Part shown: positions 1-15,894 of the stretch, piece after piece
Numbering within the stretch: position 1 is the first letter of the stretch
How the letters are laid out: every line of letters starts with the position of its first letter
NCBI RefSeq assembly: GCF_013122565.1
Contig: NZ_CP053258.1
DNA from: Escherichia coli
GTDB lineage: Bacteria; Pseudomonadota; Gammaproteobacteria; Enterobacterales; Enterobacteriaceae
Strand: one strand, 5' to 3'
DNA: 64,000 nucleotides
Notes under the pieces: generated by a model
Told to the model about the DNA's origin: nothing
The model's database searches: none
The model's input: the letters and a program-made list of their open reading frames with translations, nothing else
Translations under genes and position numbers: made by a program

Positions 1-119
1 ACAACATAGACCTGGTTGATTCGGTCAAAATATTGCTCAAGTTTGGCAAATTTGGCTGTAACAAATTCGCGCAGTGCCTCGGTGATCTCGACGTTATTTC
101 CGGTAATGTTGAGCTGCAT
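1..119 (-). CDS. hpf: Ribosome hibernation promoting factor, N-terminal part only (gene runs off the window start)
   Basis: Reverse-complement translation from ATG at 117-119 gives MQLNITGNNVEITEALREFVTAKFAKLEQYFDRINQVYVV, the Hpf N-terminus; lies just downstream of rpoN as in E. coli. Confidence 0.85.
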   Translation of the reverse strand, partial: MQLNITGNNVEITEALREFVTAKFAKLEQYFDRINQVYV

Positions 120-141
120 AGTGTCTTCCTTATCGGTTGGG

Positions 142-1575
142 TCAAACGAGTTGTTTACGCTGGTTTGACGGCGGAATGGATAAAGACTCTCGGTACTTCG
201 CAACAGTGCGGCGTGCCACCATGATACCTTGTTCCGACAGCAAAGAGGTTAACTTGCTGTCGCTCAACGGTTTCGCTGGGTTTTCCGCCGCGATTAATTT
301 CTTCACCAGCGCACGAATCGCCGTGGAGGAAGCTTCGCCGCCGTCCTCGGTATTGACGTGACTGGAAAAGAAATACTTCAGTTCAAAAATGCCTCGTGGA
401 CTATGCAGGTATTTTTGCGTGGTCACGCGAGATATCGTCGATTCATGCATTTCGACAGCCTGGGCGATATCGGCCAGTACCATCGGTTTCATATATTCTT
501 CGCCTTGCTCAAAGAAGGCTTGCTGCTGTTCAACGATACAGCGACTCACGCGCAGTAGCGTATCGTTACGGCTTTCCAGACTCTTGATCAACCATTTGGC
601 ATCCTGCAGATTGCTGCGGATAAACTGGCTGTCACCATCATTGCGCGCGTTATTGCACATCGAGGCGTAGTGCTGGTTGATTTGCAGACGCGGAATGCTG
701 TCACTGTTGAGTTCTACCGTCCAGTGACCGTTATGCTTACGCACCAGCACATCTGGAATGACATACTCAGGTTCGCCAGTCTGGATCGACTGCCCGGGGC
801 GCGGATCGAGCGACTGGATCAGATTGACGGCTTCTTTCAGCACATCTTCTTTCAGACGCGTGACGCGCATTAAAGTGCGGAAGTCGTGATTGGCTAACAG
901 ATCGAGATGATCGCTAATGATCAGTCTGGCCTCTTCCAGCCACGGCGTGGTTTTATCGAATTGGGAGAGTTGGATCAGCAGGCAGTCACGCAGATCTTTT
1001 GCCGCCACACCGACCGGATCAAACCGTTGGATCCGCTTAAGGACGGCTTCAACTTCGTCGATGTCGATCTCTTCATCGCCCATACTTTCGAGAATATCTT
1101 CCAGCGGGACAGTCAGATAACCGGTGTCATCAACGGCATCGACGATAGAGGTAGCAATAGCGCGGTCAGTGTCGGAAAACGGTGTCAGCTCGACCTGCCA
1201 CATCAGGTAATCCTGCAAGGTCTGCGTCGTTTCGCCCTGATAGACCGGCAGCTCGTCGTCAATGTAGTCACCGCTGGTGCCGGATGGTGTACCAGCGGTG
1301 TAAATGGTGTCCCAACTGGCATCGAGCGGCAGCTCTTCCGGCATCTCTTTTTGTTCGAGCGCGTCGGCGGTGTCCAGCGTTTCACTGTCTTGCGTTTCGC
1401 GGGTGTCGATTTCTTCATGAGTGTCGATTTGCTCAAGCAGCGGATTACTCTCCAGCGCCTGCTGTAGCTCCTGCTGAAGTTCCAGCGTCGACAACTGCAA
1501 CAGACGAATTGCCTGTTGGAGCTGTGGCGTCATCGCCAGTTGTTGGCTAAGCCTGAGTTGCAAACCTTGCTTCAT
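142..1575 (-). CDS. rpoN: RNA polymerase sigma-54 factor
   Basis: 477 aa ORF; Gln-rich N-terminus, C-terminal RpoN box region; synteny with lptB. Confidence 0.97.
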   Translation of the reverse strand: MKQGLQLRLSQQLAMTPQLQQAIRLLQLSTLELQQELQQALESNPLLEQIDTHEEIDTRETQDSETLDTADALEQKEMPEELPLDASWDTIYTAGTPSGTSGDYIDDELPVYQGETTQTLQDYLMWQVELTPFSDTDRAIATSIVDAVDDTGYLTVPLEDILESMGDEEIDIDEVEAVLKRIQRFDPVGVAAKDLRDCLLIQLSQFDKTTPWLEEARLIISDHLDLLANHDFRTLMRVTRLKEDVLKEAVNLIQSLDPRPGQSIQTGEPEYVIPDVLVRKHNGHWTVELNSDSIPRLQINQHYASMCNNARNDGDSQFIRSNLQDAKWLIKSLESRNDTLLRVSRCIVEQQQAFFEQGEEYMKPMVLADIAQAVEMHESTISRVTTQKYLHSPRGIFELKYFFSSHVNTEDGGEASSTAIRALVKKLIAAENPAKPLSDSKLTSLLSEQGIMVARRTVAKYRESLSIPPSNQRKQLV

Positions 1576-1622
1576 GTTCAGAATCGTACTCTCCTGCTAA
1601 AACGTCGCAAACTTCTACCCTA

Positions 1623-2348
1623 TCAGAGTCTGAAGTCTTCCCCAAGGTATACACGCTTAACGTGTTCGTCTTGTAAGATTTCTGTAGGCGTGCCGTGGGC
1701 GATCAAATGCCCCTGACTGACGATATAAGCGCGTTCACAAACCGCCAGTGTTTCACGCACGTTGTGGTCAGTGATCAGCACGCCCAGGCCGCTGTCGCGC
1801 AGGTGCTCAATGATGCGTTTAATGTCGATAACCGAGATCGGGTCAACCCCGGCAAACGGTTCGTCGAGCAGAATAAATTTCGGATTCGCAGCCAGTGCGC
1901 GGGCAATTTCTACACGGCGACGTTCACCCCCGGAGAGTGACTGCCCCATGCTGTCACGCAGGTGCTCAATGTGAAACTCTTCCATCAGCTCGTTCGCGCG
2001 GTCTTCACGTTGTTCAGCAGACAAGTCGTCACGAATTTGCAGTACCGCCATCAGGTTATCGTAAACGCTGAGGCGACGGAAAATGGAGGCTTCCTGTGGC
2101 AGATAGCCGATACCGCGGCGCGCGCGTGCATGCAGAGGCAGCAGACTGATATCGTCATCATCAATAATGATGTTGCCCGCATCGCGCGGCACAATGCCTA
2201 CAACCATGTAGAAAGTGGTGGTCTTACCGGCACCGTTTGGCCCCAGCAGACCGACAATTTCCCCGGAGTTGACGGTCAGGCTGACGTCTTCTACCACGCG
2301 ACGGCCTTTATAGGCTTTTGCAAGGTTCTTTGCAGTTAATGTTGCCAT
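1623..2348 (-). CDS. lptB: LPS export ABC transporter ATPase
   Basis: 241 aa ORF with Walker [10 protein letters not shown] and ABC signature LSGGERRR. Confidence 0.97.
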
Positions 2349-2354
2349 AACGAA

Positions 2355-2912
2355 TTAATTACCCTTCTTCTGTGCCGGGGTCTGGCCTTTGTTGTTTTTG
2401 TCCTGCAGCTGCGACGGCACCAGAACGGTGGTTACGCGCTTACCTTTGTCGCTGAAAGCCTGCATTTTCTGCTCTTTCACCAGGTAAGTGATCTTATCGC
2501 CCTTAATGTTGCTATCGACCTGCTGCAGATAAGCATTACCCGTCAGAACGACAAAATCTTTTGCCAGTTCGTAGTGCATCTGGGAAGCGTGACCTTCAAC
2601 GGGTTTACCGTTGTCCTGCATCTGGTAGAACGTTGCCGGTTTACCGTAGCCGTCAATCACTTCTTTACCTTGTTCGCCGCCCGGACGGGTAACGACCACT
2701 TTGTCGGCATTAATTTTTATGGTGCCCTGGGTGACGATGACATTACCGGTAAAGGTAACCACGTTGCCTTGCATATCAAGAGATTGCTGGTCCGATTCAA
2801 TGTGGATCGGCTGATCAGTGTCTCCGGTTACGGCAAATGCCGGAATGCTGGCGGCCAGAAGTGAGCTGGCAAGCACAAGATTAAGGCTGAGTTTGTTTGT
2901 TTTGAATTTCAT
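2355..2912 (-). CDS. lptA: LPS transport periplasmic protein LptA
   Basis: ORF 2355..2933 trimmed to internal Met (MKFKTNKLSLNLVLASSLLAASIPAFA signal peptide); overlaps lptC 3' end. Confidence 0.9.
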   Translation of the reverse strand: MKFKTNKLSLNLVLASSLLAASIPAFAVTGDTDQPIHIESDQQSLDMQGNVVTFTGNVIVTQGTIKINADKVVVTRPGGEQGKEVIDGYGKPATFYQMQDNGKPVEGHASQMHYELAKDFVVLTGNAYLQQVDSNIKGDKITYLVKEQKMQAFSDKGKRVTTVLVPSQLQDKNNKGQTPAQKKGN

Positions 2913-3456
2913 AGGATGTTCTAACCTTTTCAATCAGCTCGGCGTTCTTGCTGCGTAAGTTGCCGCGCATTTTCAGACCGCTGGAGTTAAATGTTGTTCC
3001 GTATAACGTGACGAGGTCTTCAGAGGTAACATCCTGCGTCACCAGATTGATCTGCGCGTTATCCGTCGTGATTCTGCGAAGTTGAGAGTCCGGCACAAGT
3101 GCGTTGACTTCAACGTGTCCATATAAATAGAGCATCCGGTCATTGGTCAGCTTGGCTTTATCTGCTTTTACGGACCATGTCGGGATTTTATCCTTATCAA
3201 ACGTGGTAAGTACCGGCTGCGTAAACCACGAAACGGCCTGATCGGAATAATATTCAACGTGTTGAGCAATCAATCGATAGCTTAGTGCCCCTTCTGGGTT
3301 ATAGACGAGCGTGTCCGTATGCTCGCTTTTATAGGTGGGATCATTGTTGTTGACGACCACCTGGGCGGTATCGTCTTTTTCGGCCATATTAATGCCGATC
3401 ATCACCAGAACCGCCAGTGATAGCACAATGATAACCCAACGTCTGGCTTTACTCAT
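2881..3456 (-). CDS. lptC: LPS export system protein LptC
   Basis: 191 aa ORF with N-terminal membrane anchor; position between kdsC and lptA. Confidence 0.93.
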   Translation of the reverse strand: MSKARRWVIIVLSLAVLVMIGINMAEKDDTAQVVVNNNDPTYKSEHTDTLVYNPEGALSYRLIAQHVEYYSDQAVSWFTQPVLTTFDKDKIPTWSVKADKAKLTNDRMLYLYGHVEVNALVPDSQLRRITTDNAQINLVTQDVTSEDLVTLYGTTFNSSGLKMRGNLRSKNAELIEKVRTSYEIQNKQTQP

Positions 3457-4019
3457 ATCGATTGCCCTTTGGCTTCATCCAGTTTGCCCTGCGCCAGGAG
3501 TAATAAGTCGCAAACTTCTCGCACTGCGCCACGACCGCCAGCAATGCGCGTCACGTAATCGGCGCGCGGGAGCAACAGTGGATGCGCATCGGCCACGGCG
3601 ACGCTTAAACCCACTTTTTCCATTACCGGCCAGTCGATGAGATCATCGCCGACATAAGCCACATTTTCCGGGGCAATCGCCAGTTTTTCCAGCAGATCGC
3701 TAAAAGCGATCAGTTTGTTTGACTGCCCCTGATACAAGTGAGTGATCCCCAATGTGGCACAACGATCTTCTACCAGTTTAGCCTTTCGCCCGGTAATGAT
3801 AGCGACTTCAATATCAGAGGTGAGCGCACAACGAATGCCATAACCGTCACGAACATTGAACGCTTTCAGCTCTTCGCCATTATTGCCCATATAAATCAGG
3901 CCATCTGACAGTACGCCATCGACATCGAGGATCAGCAGACGAATGTTCTCTGCTTTTGCTATAACGTCGGCGCTGACAGGGCCGTAACAGGTCGCAAGCG
4001 ACGCACCTGCTTTGCTCAT
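3453..4019 (-). CDS. kdsC: 3-deoxy-D-manno-octulosonate 8-phosphate phosphatase
   Basis: 188 aa HAD-family ORF (DVDGVL motif); overlaps lptC start by 4 nt. Confidence 0.95.
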   Translation of the reverse strand: MSKAGASLATCYGPVSADVIAKAENIRLLILDVDGVLSDGLIYMGNNGEELKAFNVRDGYGIRCALTSDIEVAIITGRKAKLVEDRCATLGITHLYQGQSNKLIAFSDLLEKLAIAPENVAYVGDDLIDWPVMEKVGLSVAVADAHPLLLPRADYVTRIAGGRGAVREVCDLLLLAQGKLDEAKGQSI

Positions 4020-4038
4020 TGTTTTTATCCTTGAATCT

Positions 4039-5025
4039 TTACACTACGCCTGCACGCAGTAAATCATGCATATGTAACACACCGAGTAAATGGTCGCCAT
4101 CGGCAACCATCACGGAGGTGATATGGCGGGACTGCATTAAGTTCAGTGCCTCAACGGCCAGAATGCCAGGGCGCACGCGTATTCCCCCCGGCGTCATCAC
4201 ATCGGCAATACTTAACTGACGAACATCCACGCCCATATCGAAGACACGGCGTAAATCACCGTCGGTAAAGATGCCTTCAATCATCATATTGTCATCGCAA
4301 ATGACAGTCATACCAAGATTTTTGCGGGTAACTTCCAGCAATGCGTCACGCAGACTGGCCGTTTTCTTAACATGCGGGATCTCATCGCCCGTATGCATAA
4401 TATCGTTTACGCGCAGCAGAAGTTTACGACCCAGTGCGCCGCCTGGGTGTGAGAGCGCAAAATCTTCAGCAGTAAAGCCGCGTGCTTTTAACAGCGCGAC
4501 AGCGAGGGCATCGCCCATAACCAGCGTGGCGGTGGTGCTGCTGGTCGGTGCCAGCCCTAACGGACAGGCTTCTTTCGCTACTTTAACACACAGATGCACA
4601 TCTGCGGCGCGCGCCATGCTGCTCTCCGGGCGACCGGTGATGCAGATTAACGGTACGTGAAGACGCTTAAGCACTGGAATTAAGGCCGTGATTTCGCTGG
4701 ATTCACCTGAGTTAGAGATAGCAATCACCACATCCTGTGGGGTGACCATGCCTAAATCACCATGCGCGGCTTCACCAGGATGGACGAAAAATGAAGGTGT
4801 ACCGGTGCTGGCAAACGTTGCCGCCATTTTGCGCCCAATATGCCCCGATTTCCCCATCCCCATGACGACAACTTTCCCTTTACACCAGAACATCTTTTCA
4901 CAGGCAAGCGTGAAATTCTGATTGATGTATTGATCAAGCTCCGCCAGGCATTCACGTTCAATCGCCAGGACTTCTTTACCTGCTTGCTGAAAGTCAAAAC
5001 CCGGTTGTAACTCTACGTGCGACAT
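4039..5025 (-). CDS. kdsD: D-arabinose 5-phosphate isomerase (SIS + tandem CBS domains)
   Basis: ORF 4039..5046 trimmed to Met of MSHVELQPGFDF; SIS motif GMGKSGHIGRK. Confidence 0.92.
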   Translation of the reverse strand: MSHVELQPGFDFQQAGKEVLAIERECLAELDQYINQNFTLACEKMFWCKGKVVVMGMGKSGHIGRKMAATFASTGTPSFFVHPGEAAHGDLGMVTPQDVVIAISNSGESSEITALIPVLKRLHVPLICITGRPESSMARAADVHLCVKVAKEACPLGLAPTSSTTATLVMGDALAVALLKARGFTAEDFALSHPGGALGRKLLLRVNDIMHTGDEIPHVKKTASLRDALLEVTRKNLGMTVICDDNMMIEGIFTDGDLRRVFDMGVDVRQLSIADVMTPGGIRVRPGILAVEALNLMQSRHITSVMVADGDHLLGVLHMHDLLRAGVV

Positions 5026-5038
5026 AATGCGTTTCCAG

Positions 5039-6016
5039 TTATTCAACGAGTATTGGCGATAACCAGTACAACATCGCCAGCCATACGATAAATCCGCCAG
5101 TTAATAATACCCCTACACCACGGCCCGGTTGCGGGGAGCGCCGCCAGCACAGCAACGCAAAAATAATGCTCACCAGCAACATCACGCTGTAGTCACGACT
5201 GTACGCCAGTGGATCAATCTCTCCTGGCGTTATCAGCGCGGGTAAACCCAACACGATGACAATATTAAAAATGTTTGCGCCAATGATATTTCCGACAGCA
5301 ATGTCGTTTTCACCTTTGCGAACCCCCGCTATTGCGGTTGCCAGTTCCGGCAGGCTGGTTCCGATAGCAATTGCCGTCAGACCCATCGTCAACTCGCTGA
5401 TGGCAAAGTAATTCGCCAGCACCGTGGCGTTATCAACTACCATCCGCGTGGCCACTGGCATGATGATAAGCGCAATGCCGAGCCATAAAAACGCGACGGG
5501 CAATCCGCCGTCACGCGGCAGCTCTGCAAGCTGCTCTCTGGTCAGGCTGTCAGTCCCCTGACGTTCAGCCTGACGTGCAATTTTAACAATGAACAGCAGC
5601 CATAGCACAGCCAGAAAGAGGAGAAAGATACCATCGCTGCGACTAAGTTGTCCGTCATAGAGTACGGAACCGGCCACCACGCTGACCAACAACATTAAGG
5701 GTAATTCACGGCGCAGAACATCGGAATGGACGGTAAAAGGACGAACCAGCGCAGCCAGACCGAGGATCAGCAATATATTGATAATGTTTGAGCCGAGGGC
5801 TGTACCAACGGCTAAATCACGTTGTTCGTGCAGTGATGCGGCAAGCGAGACGATGATTTCTGGTAACGATGTACCAATACTGACCACCGTCATGCCGATG
5901 ATCAGCGGCGGGATGCCAAAGGTTCGGCAAAGAATAGACGCGGCAAAAACCAGGCGGTCGGCACTGTAAACGACCAAAAGTAAACCAACAATTAACAGTG
6001 CCGTAGCTAAAAGCAT
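5039..6016 (-). CDS. yrbG: Putative Na+/Ca2+ exchanger family inner membrane protein
   Basis: 325 aa polytopic ORF with two GTSLPE alpha-repeat motifs. Confidence 0.93.
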   Translation of the reverse strand: MLLATALLIVGLLLVVYSADRLVFAASILCRTFGIPPLIIGMTVVSIGTSLPEIIVSLAASLHEQRDLAVGTALGSNIINILLILGLAALVRPFTVHSDVLRRELPLMLLVSVVAGSVLYDGQLSRSDGIFLLFLAVLWLLFIVKIARQAERQGTDSLTREQLAELPRDGGLPVAFLWLGIALIIMPVATRMVVDNATVLANYFAISELTMGLTAIAIGTSLPELATAIAGVRKGENDIAVGNIIGANIFNIVIVLGLPALITPGEIDPLAYSRDYSVMLLVSIIFALLCWRRSPQPGRGVGVLLTGGFIVWLAMLYWLSPILVE

Positions 6017-6225
6017 CTAACATCCTTTCTTCAGGTATACTCGCCGGTCCGCTGAAGATTTTCAGAAAGCCGTAACGGATTCTTAATTTTGACTTTATGC
6101 GGCTAAAAAGTAAAACAAATGCCAGCTTTCGCTAACCACGGCGGGTAATATTCTGTAAATATGTTGGGTTCAAGGTTAAATTGAGCGCCATGCTTAGAAA
6201 ATCAACGCAAGACGAAGGGTGAATT

Positions 6226-7825
<1,600 letters not shown>

Positions 7826-7829
7826 GTTC

Positions 7830-8381
7830 ATGCAAACGAAAAAAAATGAAATTTGGGTGGGTATCTTTTTATTAGCAGCACTGCTGGCGGCGCTGTTTGT
7901 TTGCCTGAAGGCGGCGAACGTGACGTCAATACGTACTGAACCGACCTACACGCTTTATGCGACGTTCGATAACATTGGCGGCCTGAAAGCGCGCTCTCCG
8001 GTCAGCATTGGTGGTGTTGTTGTGGGCCGGGTGGCGGATATTACGCTGGACCCGAAAACCTATCTGCCACGCGTAACACTGGAAATTGAACAACGTTATA
8101 ACCACATTCCTGATACCAGTTCGCTGAGCATTCGTACTTCTGGCCTGCTGGGGGAACAATATCTGGCATTAAACGTTGGTTTTGAAGACCCGGAACTGGG
8201 GACTGCTATCCTGAAGGATGGCGATACAATTCAGGACACCAAGTCTGCGATGGTGCTGGAAGATCTCATTGGTCAGTTCCTTTACGGTAGTAAAGGCGAT
8301 GACAATAAGAATAGTGGCGATGCGCCAGCTGCTGCGCCAGGTAATAATGAAACCACTGAACCTGTGGGTACAACGAAATAA
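7830..8381 (+). CDS. mlaD: MCE-domain phospholipid-binding protein MlaD
   Basis: ORF 7815..8381 trimmed to Met of MQTKKNEIWVGIFLL. Confidence 0.93.
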   Translation: MQTKKNEIWVGIFLLAALLAALFVCLKAANVTSIRTEPTYTLYATFDNIGGLKARSPVSIGGVVVGRVADITLDPKTYLPRVTLEIEQRYNHIPDTSSLSIRTSGLLGEQYLALNVGFEDPELGTAILKDGDTIQDTKSAMVLEDLIGQFLYGSKGDDNKNSGDAPAAAPGNNETTEPVGTTK

Positions 8382-9034
<653 letters not shown>

Positions 9035-9035
<1 letters not shown>

Positions 9036-9328
9036 TGAGCGAGTCACTGAGCTGGATGCAGACGGGTGACACGCTGGCGTTATCCGGAGAGCTGGATCAG
9101 GACGTTCTGCTACCGCTTTGGGAAATGCGTGAGGAAGCGGTGAAGGGGGTTACCTGCATCGATCTTAGCCGTGTGTCCCGCGTGGATACGGGGGGACTGG
9201 CACTGCTGCTCCATCTTATCGATCTGGCGAAAAAGCAGGGCAACAACGTGACGCTTCAGGGGGTAAACGACAAAGTGTATACCCTGGCGAAATTGTATAA
9301 TTTGCCTGCTGATGTTCTGCCTCGTTAA
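9035..9328 (+). CDS. mlaB: STAS-domain protein MlaB
   Basis: ORF 8939..9328 trimmed to ATG at 9035 (MSESLSWMQTGDTL); ATG overlaps mlaC stop in ATAATG. Confidence 0.9.
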
Positions 9329-9487
9329 ATTTTTTCAGGCCGGATATGGCGTTAACCGCCTGTCCGGCAAACCTGCCTGCAAGTCGAGCCTTGTCTGATT
9401 TATCAGCGAGGCTTTTTGCTTATTTATGCCAGCGCAACTTTGCTCTAAGATGTTTCGCTGGTTTATTAACTGATGATTGAAGAGCCC

Positions 9488-9742
9488 ATGGAAAATAATG
9501 AAATTCAGAGCGTGTTGATGAACGCTCTCTCCCTCCAGGAAGTCCACGTTTCCGGCGATGGCAGCCACTTTCAGGTTATTGCCGTGGGTGAGTTGTTTGA
9601 CGGCATGAGTCGGGTTAAAAAACAGCAGACGGTCTATGGTCCGCTGATGGAATATATTGCGGATAACCGCATTCATGCTGTGTCGATCAAAGCGTATACC
9701 CCTGCGGAGTGGGCGCGCGATCGCAAACTGAACGGCTTTTGA
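9488..9742 (+). CDS. ibaG: BolA-family acid-stress protein IbaG
   Basis: ORF 9473..9742 trimmed to [16 protein letters not shown]. Confidence 0.9.
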
Positions 9743-9796
9743 GCTATGGGCGATTCGCCGGTAGCGGATATGAATTGTTAACTGAGAACAAACTAA

Positions 9797-11056
<1,260 letters not shown>

Positions 11057-11103
11057 TCGTCTGAGAGCTGGCAGCCCCGTTCGCGGGGCTACCGCCAGAC
11101 CAC

Positions 11104-11382
11104 TCATTTTTTCGGTTTAGTGTAGCTACGCATCAACTGCGTTCTGTCGATAAACTCATGGGTCTGCGGATCATGGTAGCGTGATGGCCAGATAACCCAG
11201 GGGTCAGTTCCCAGGGCTTTCGCAATAATCATCTCTCCTTTCGGCCATGGGCGCGATAATGCATTCGCCAGCGTTGAGGAACTCAAACCATTTCTGCGAG
11301 ACTCCGCCGCCATTGACGTTCCCTTCTTGCGCAAACCCGCAATGATGTCAGCGGGATGCCAGTCAATGAAATTACTTTCCAT
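11104..11382 (-). CDS. sfsB: Ner-like DNA-binding regulator
   Basis: 92 aa ORF MESNFIDWHPADIIAGLRKKGTSMAAESRRNGLSSSTLANAL. Confidence 0.93.
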   Translation of the reverse strand: MESNFIDWHPADIIAGLRKKGTSMAAESRRNGLSSSTLANALSRPWPKGEMIIAKALGTDPWVIWPSRYHDPQTHEFIDRTQLMRSYTKPKK

Positions 11383-11609
11383 CTTTCCTCACTCCTTAAG
11401 TTAGTCGCTTTCATTCAGAACACTTCTTCTGTCGAGCATCACTATACTCCTGATGGCCTATTGCTCTAAAAAGTTCCTGTAAAGAGTGTGAATATTCAGA
11501 ATATATAAAGATGTATAGCCCTGTTTTTCTGGTGTTATAGAGCTTAATAAGTATTTTTATGGAATTTACAGGAATCATCCCACGCACTGCGCGGGATGAG
11601 GGGAGGGGA

Positions 11610-12581
11610 TTAACGATCGCGTTGAACAGCGATGTGCGCGAGGCCGATGAGTGCCTCTCGCCAAGGGGTGTCCGGGAGCACCTGTAACGCTGCGATGGCT
11701 TTGTCTGCTTCTTCCTCAGCACGCTGACGCGTCCATTCAAGAGATCCACAAGCGTTCATTGCTTCCAGAACCGGTTCCAGAAGATGGCGACCGTTACCCT
11801 GTTCGATGGCGGTACGGATCATCTGTGCCTGTTCTGGTGTGCCATGATGCATCGCATGCAGCAGCGGCAGCGTCGGTTTACCTTCGTTCAGATCGTCGCC
11901 GACGTTTTTACCTAACTGTTCGCCATCGGCATTGTAATCGAGTAAATCGTCGATCAACTGGAAAGCAGTGCCGAGATAGCGCCCATAATCCTGCAGGCCT
12001 TTCTCCTCCTCCGGCGTACAGCCAGCCAGAATTCCGGAACACTGCGCGGCAGCCTCAAACAGACGCGCGGTTTTGCTATAGATAACGCGCATGTAGTTTT
12101 CTTCAGTGATGTCCGGATCGTTAACATTCATCAGTTGCAGAACTTCACCTTCTGCGATGACGTTTACGGCTTCTGACATGACTTCCAGCACTTTGAGTGA
12201 ACCGAGGCTGGTCATCATCTGGAACGCGCGGGTATAAATAAAATCGCCTACCAGCACACTGGCGGCATTGCCAAATGCGGCGTTGGCGGTAGCTTTACCC
12301 CTGCGCATATCTGATTCATCCACAACGTCGTCGTGCAGCAGAGTCGCCGTGTGGATAAACTCGATCAGGGCAGCAATGGTGACATGCGCATTTCCTTCAT
12401 AGCCAACAGCTCGTGCAGCCAGTACAGCAATCATCGGACGAATACGTTTACCGCCGCCGCTGACAATGTAATAGCCTAACTGATTGATCAGTTGGACGTC
12501 GGAATTAAGCTGCTCAAGGATTGCCGCATTAACACCCGCCATATCTTGCGCGGTTAACTCATTGATTTTTTCTAAATTCAT
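11610..12581 (-). CDS. ispB: Octaprenyl diphosphate synthase
   Basis: 323 aa ORF with polyprenyl synthase DDxxD motifs (LLHDDVVDESDMRRG, FQLIDDLLDY). Confidence 0.96.
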   Translation of the reverse strand: MNLEKINELTAQDMAGVNAAILEQLNSDVQLINQLGYYIVSGGGKRIRPMIAVLAARAVGYEGNAHVTIAALIEFIHTATLLHDDVVDESDMRRGKATANAAFGNAASVLVGDFIYTRAFQMMTSLGSLKVLEVMSEAVNVIAEGEVLQLMNVNDPDITEENYMRVIYSKTARLFEAAAQCSGILAGCTPEEEKGLQDYGRYLGTAFQLIDDLLDYNADGEQLGKNVGDDLNEGKPTLPLLHAMHHGTPEQAQMIRTAIEQGNGRHLLEPVLEAMNACGSLEWTRQRAEEEADKAIAALQVLPDTPWREALIGLAHIAVQRDR

Positions 12582-12803
12582 CGCAAAAGCCGGGCTTTTC
12601 GCCCCGATTACCTTACTGTGAACAAAGGCAACTTAGGGTTTATGGTTAGGAATATAGGGTGATTGTACTGAAAAAATGGCACAGATAAACGTTACCGTAC
12701 AAGTTGTGTTTTTTTTCTTCGTGTATTGACTGTAGCACTTGTCAAAGGCGTGCGTTTTGCGTAATATTCGCGCCCTATTGTGAATATTTATAGCGCACTC
12801 TGA

Positions 12804-13429
<626 letters not shown>

Positions 13430-13456
13430 GTTTTTCGCGTCCCGGTAACGGATGAA

Positions 13457-13485
13457 AGCCCCGCAACACGTTGCGGGGCTTTTTA
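13457..13485 (+). terminator. Intrinsic terminator downstream of rpmA
   Basis: GC stem AGCCCCGCAAC...GTTGCGGGGCT followed by a T-run. Confidence 0.7.
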
Positions 13486-13555
13486 CATTCGATAACCGGT
13501 AAAAATGCGCATGGTGCGACGTTAATCCGCAAATGCGCTTTGCAGGGAATACGGT

Positions 13556-14521
13556 ATGAAGCAGCAGGCAGGCATTGGCATTCTTTTGGCGCTCACCACA
13601 GCAATTTGCTGGGGGGCGTTGCCAATCGCAATGAAGCAGGTGCTGGAGGTGATGGAACCTCCGACAATCGTGTTTTACCGTTTCTTGATGGCGAGTATTG
13701 GCCTTGGTGCCATTCTTGCGGTGAAGAAGAGGTTGCCGCCATTACGCGTGTTTCGTAAGCCACGCTGGTTGATTTTGTTGGCAGTGGCGACCGCCGGGCT
13801 GTTTGGGAACTTCATCCTGTTCAGCTCATCCTTGCAATACCTGAGTCCGACCGCTTCGCAGGTGATTGGGCAACTCTCGCCAGTTGGCATGATGGTTGCC
13901 AGCGTATTTATCCTGAAAGAGAAAATGCGCAGCACTCAGGTTGTAGGGGCATTGATGCTCCTGAGCGGCCTGGTGATGTTTTTTAACACCAGTCTGGTCG
14001 AGATATTTACAAAGCTCACCGATTACACCTGGGGAGTTATCTTTGGGGTCGGTGCGGCGACGGTTTGGGTGAGTTATGGCGTGGCGCAAAAGATTTTATT
14101 GCGTCGGCTGGCCTCACCGCAGATCCTGTTTTTACTGTACACTTTATGTACAATTGCGCTCTTCCCTCTGGCAAAGCCAGGAGTGATAGCGCAGCTTAGC
14201 CACTGGCAGCTCGCATGTTTAATTTTTTGCGGACTGAATACATTGGTAGGATATGGCGCCCTGGCGGAAGCGATGGCTCGCTGGCAGGCAGCGCAGGTGA
14301 GCGCGATCATCACGCTCACCCCACTGTTTACGCTGTTTTTTTCAGATCTTTTATCACTGGCCTGGCCCGATTTCTTCGCCAGACCGATGTTAAACCTTTT
14401 AGGTTATCTCGGTGCGTTTGTCGTGGTTGCGGGCGCGATGTATTCCGCCATTGGTCATCGTATTTGGGGCGGATTACGTAAGCATACAACGGTGGTATCG
14501 CAACCCCGCGCAGGCGAATGA
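13556..14521 (+). CDS. yhbE: EamA/DMT-family inner membrane transporter
   Basis: 321 aa polytopic ORF between rpmA and obgE. Confidence 0.92.
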   Translation: MKQQAGIGILLALTTAICWGALPIAMKQVLEVMEPPTIVFYRFLMASIGLGAILAVKKRLPPLRVFRKPRWLILLAVATAGLFGNFILFSSSLQYLSPTASQVIGQLSPVGMMVASVFILKEKMRSTQVVGALMLLSGLVMFFNTSLVEIFTKLTDYTWGVIFGVGAATVWVSYGVAQKILLRRLASPQILFLLYTLCTIALFPLAKPGVIAQLSHWQLACLIFCGLNTLVGYGALAEAMARWQAAQVSAIITLTPLFTLFFSDLLSLAWPDFFARPMLNLLGYLGAFVVVAGAMYSAIGHRIWGGLRKHTTVVSQPRAGE

Positions 14522-15709
<1,188 letters not shown>

Positions 15710-15732
15710 TCACTGATGATAAACGCCAAATA

Positions 15733-15832
15733 AGCCTGATGCGCTACGCTTATCAGGCCTACAAGAGAATTGCAATATGTTGAATTTGCACGATTTTGTA
15801 GGCCGGATAAGGCGTTCACGCCGCATCCGGCA
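15733..15832. repeat. REP/BIME palindromic elements in obgE-dacB intergenic region
   Basis: GCCTGATGCGCTACGCTTATCAGGCCTAC and GTAGGCCGGATAAGGCGTTCACGCCGCATCCGGCA match the E. coli REP consensus. Confidence 0.8.
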
Positions 15833-15862
15833 TAAACAAAGCGCACTTTGTCAATAATCTGA

Positions 15863-15892
15863 AGCCCCGGCCATGTGCCGGGGTTTCTTTTT
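15863..15892 (+). terminator. Intrinsic terminator after obgE operon
   Basis: Stem CCCCGGCC...GCCGGGG followed by TTTCTTTTT. Confidence 0.65.
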
Positions 15893-15894
15893 GA

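Noticed and set aside
11383-11609. Short GC palindrome (ATCCCACGCACTGCGCGGGAT, about 11577-11600) downstream of ispB as a candidate terminator
   Set aside because: No adjacent U-run on either strand, so it cannot be supported as an intrinsic terminator from sequence alone
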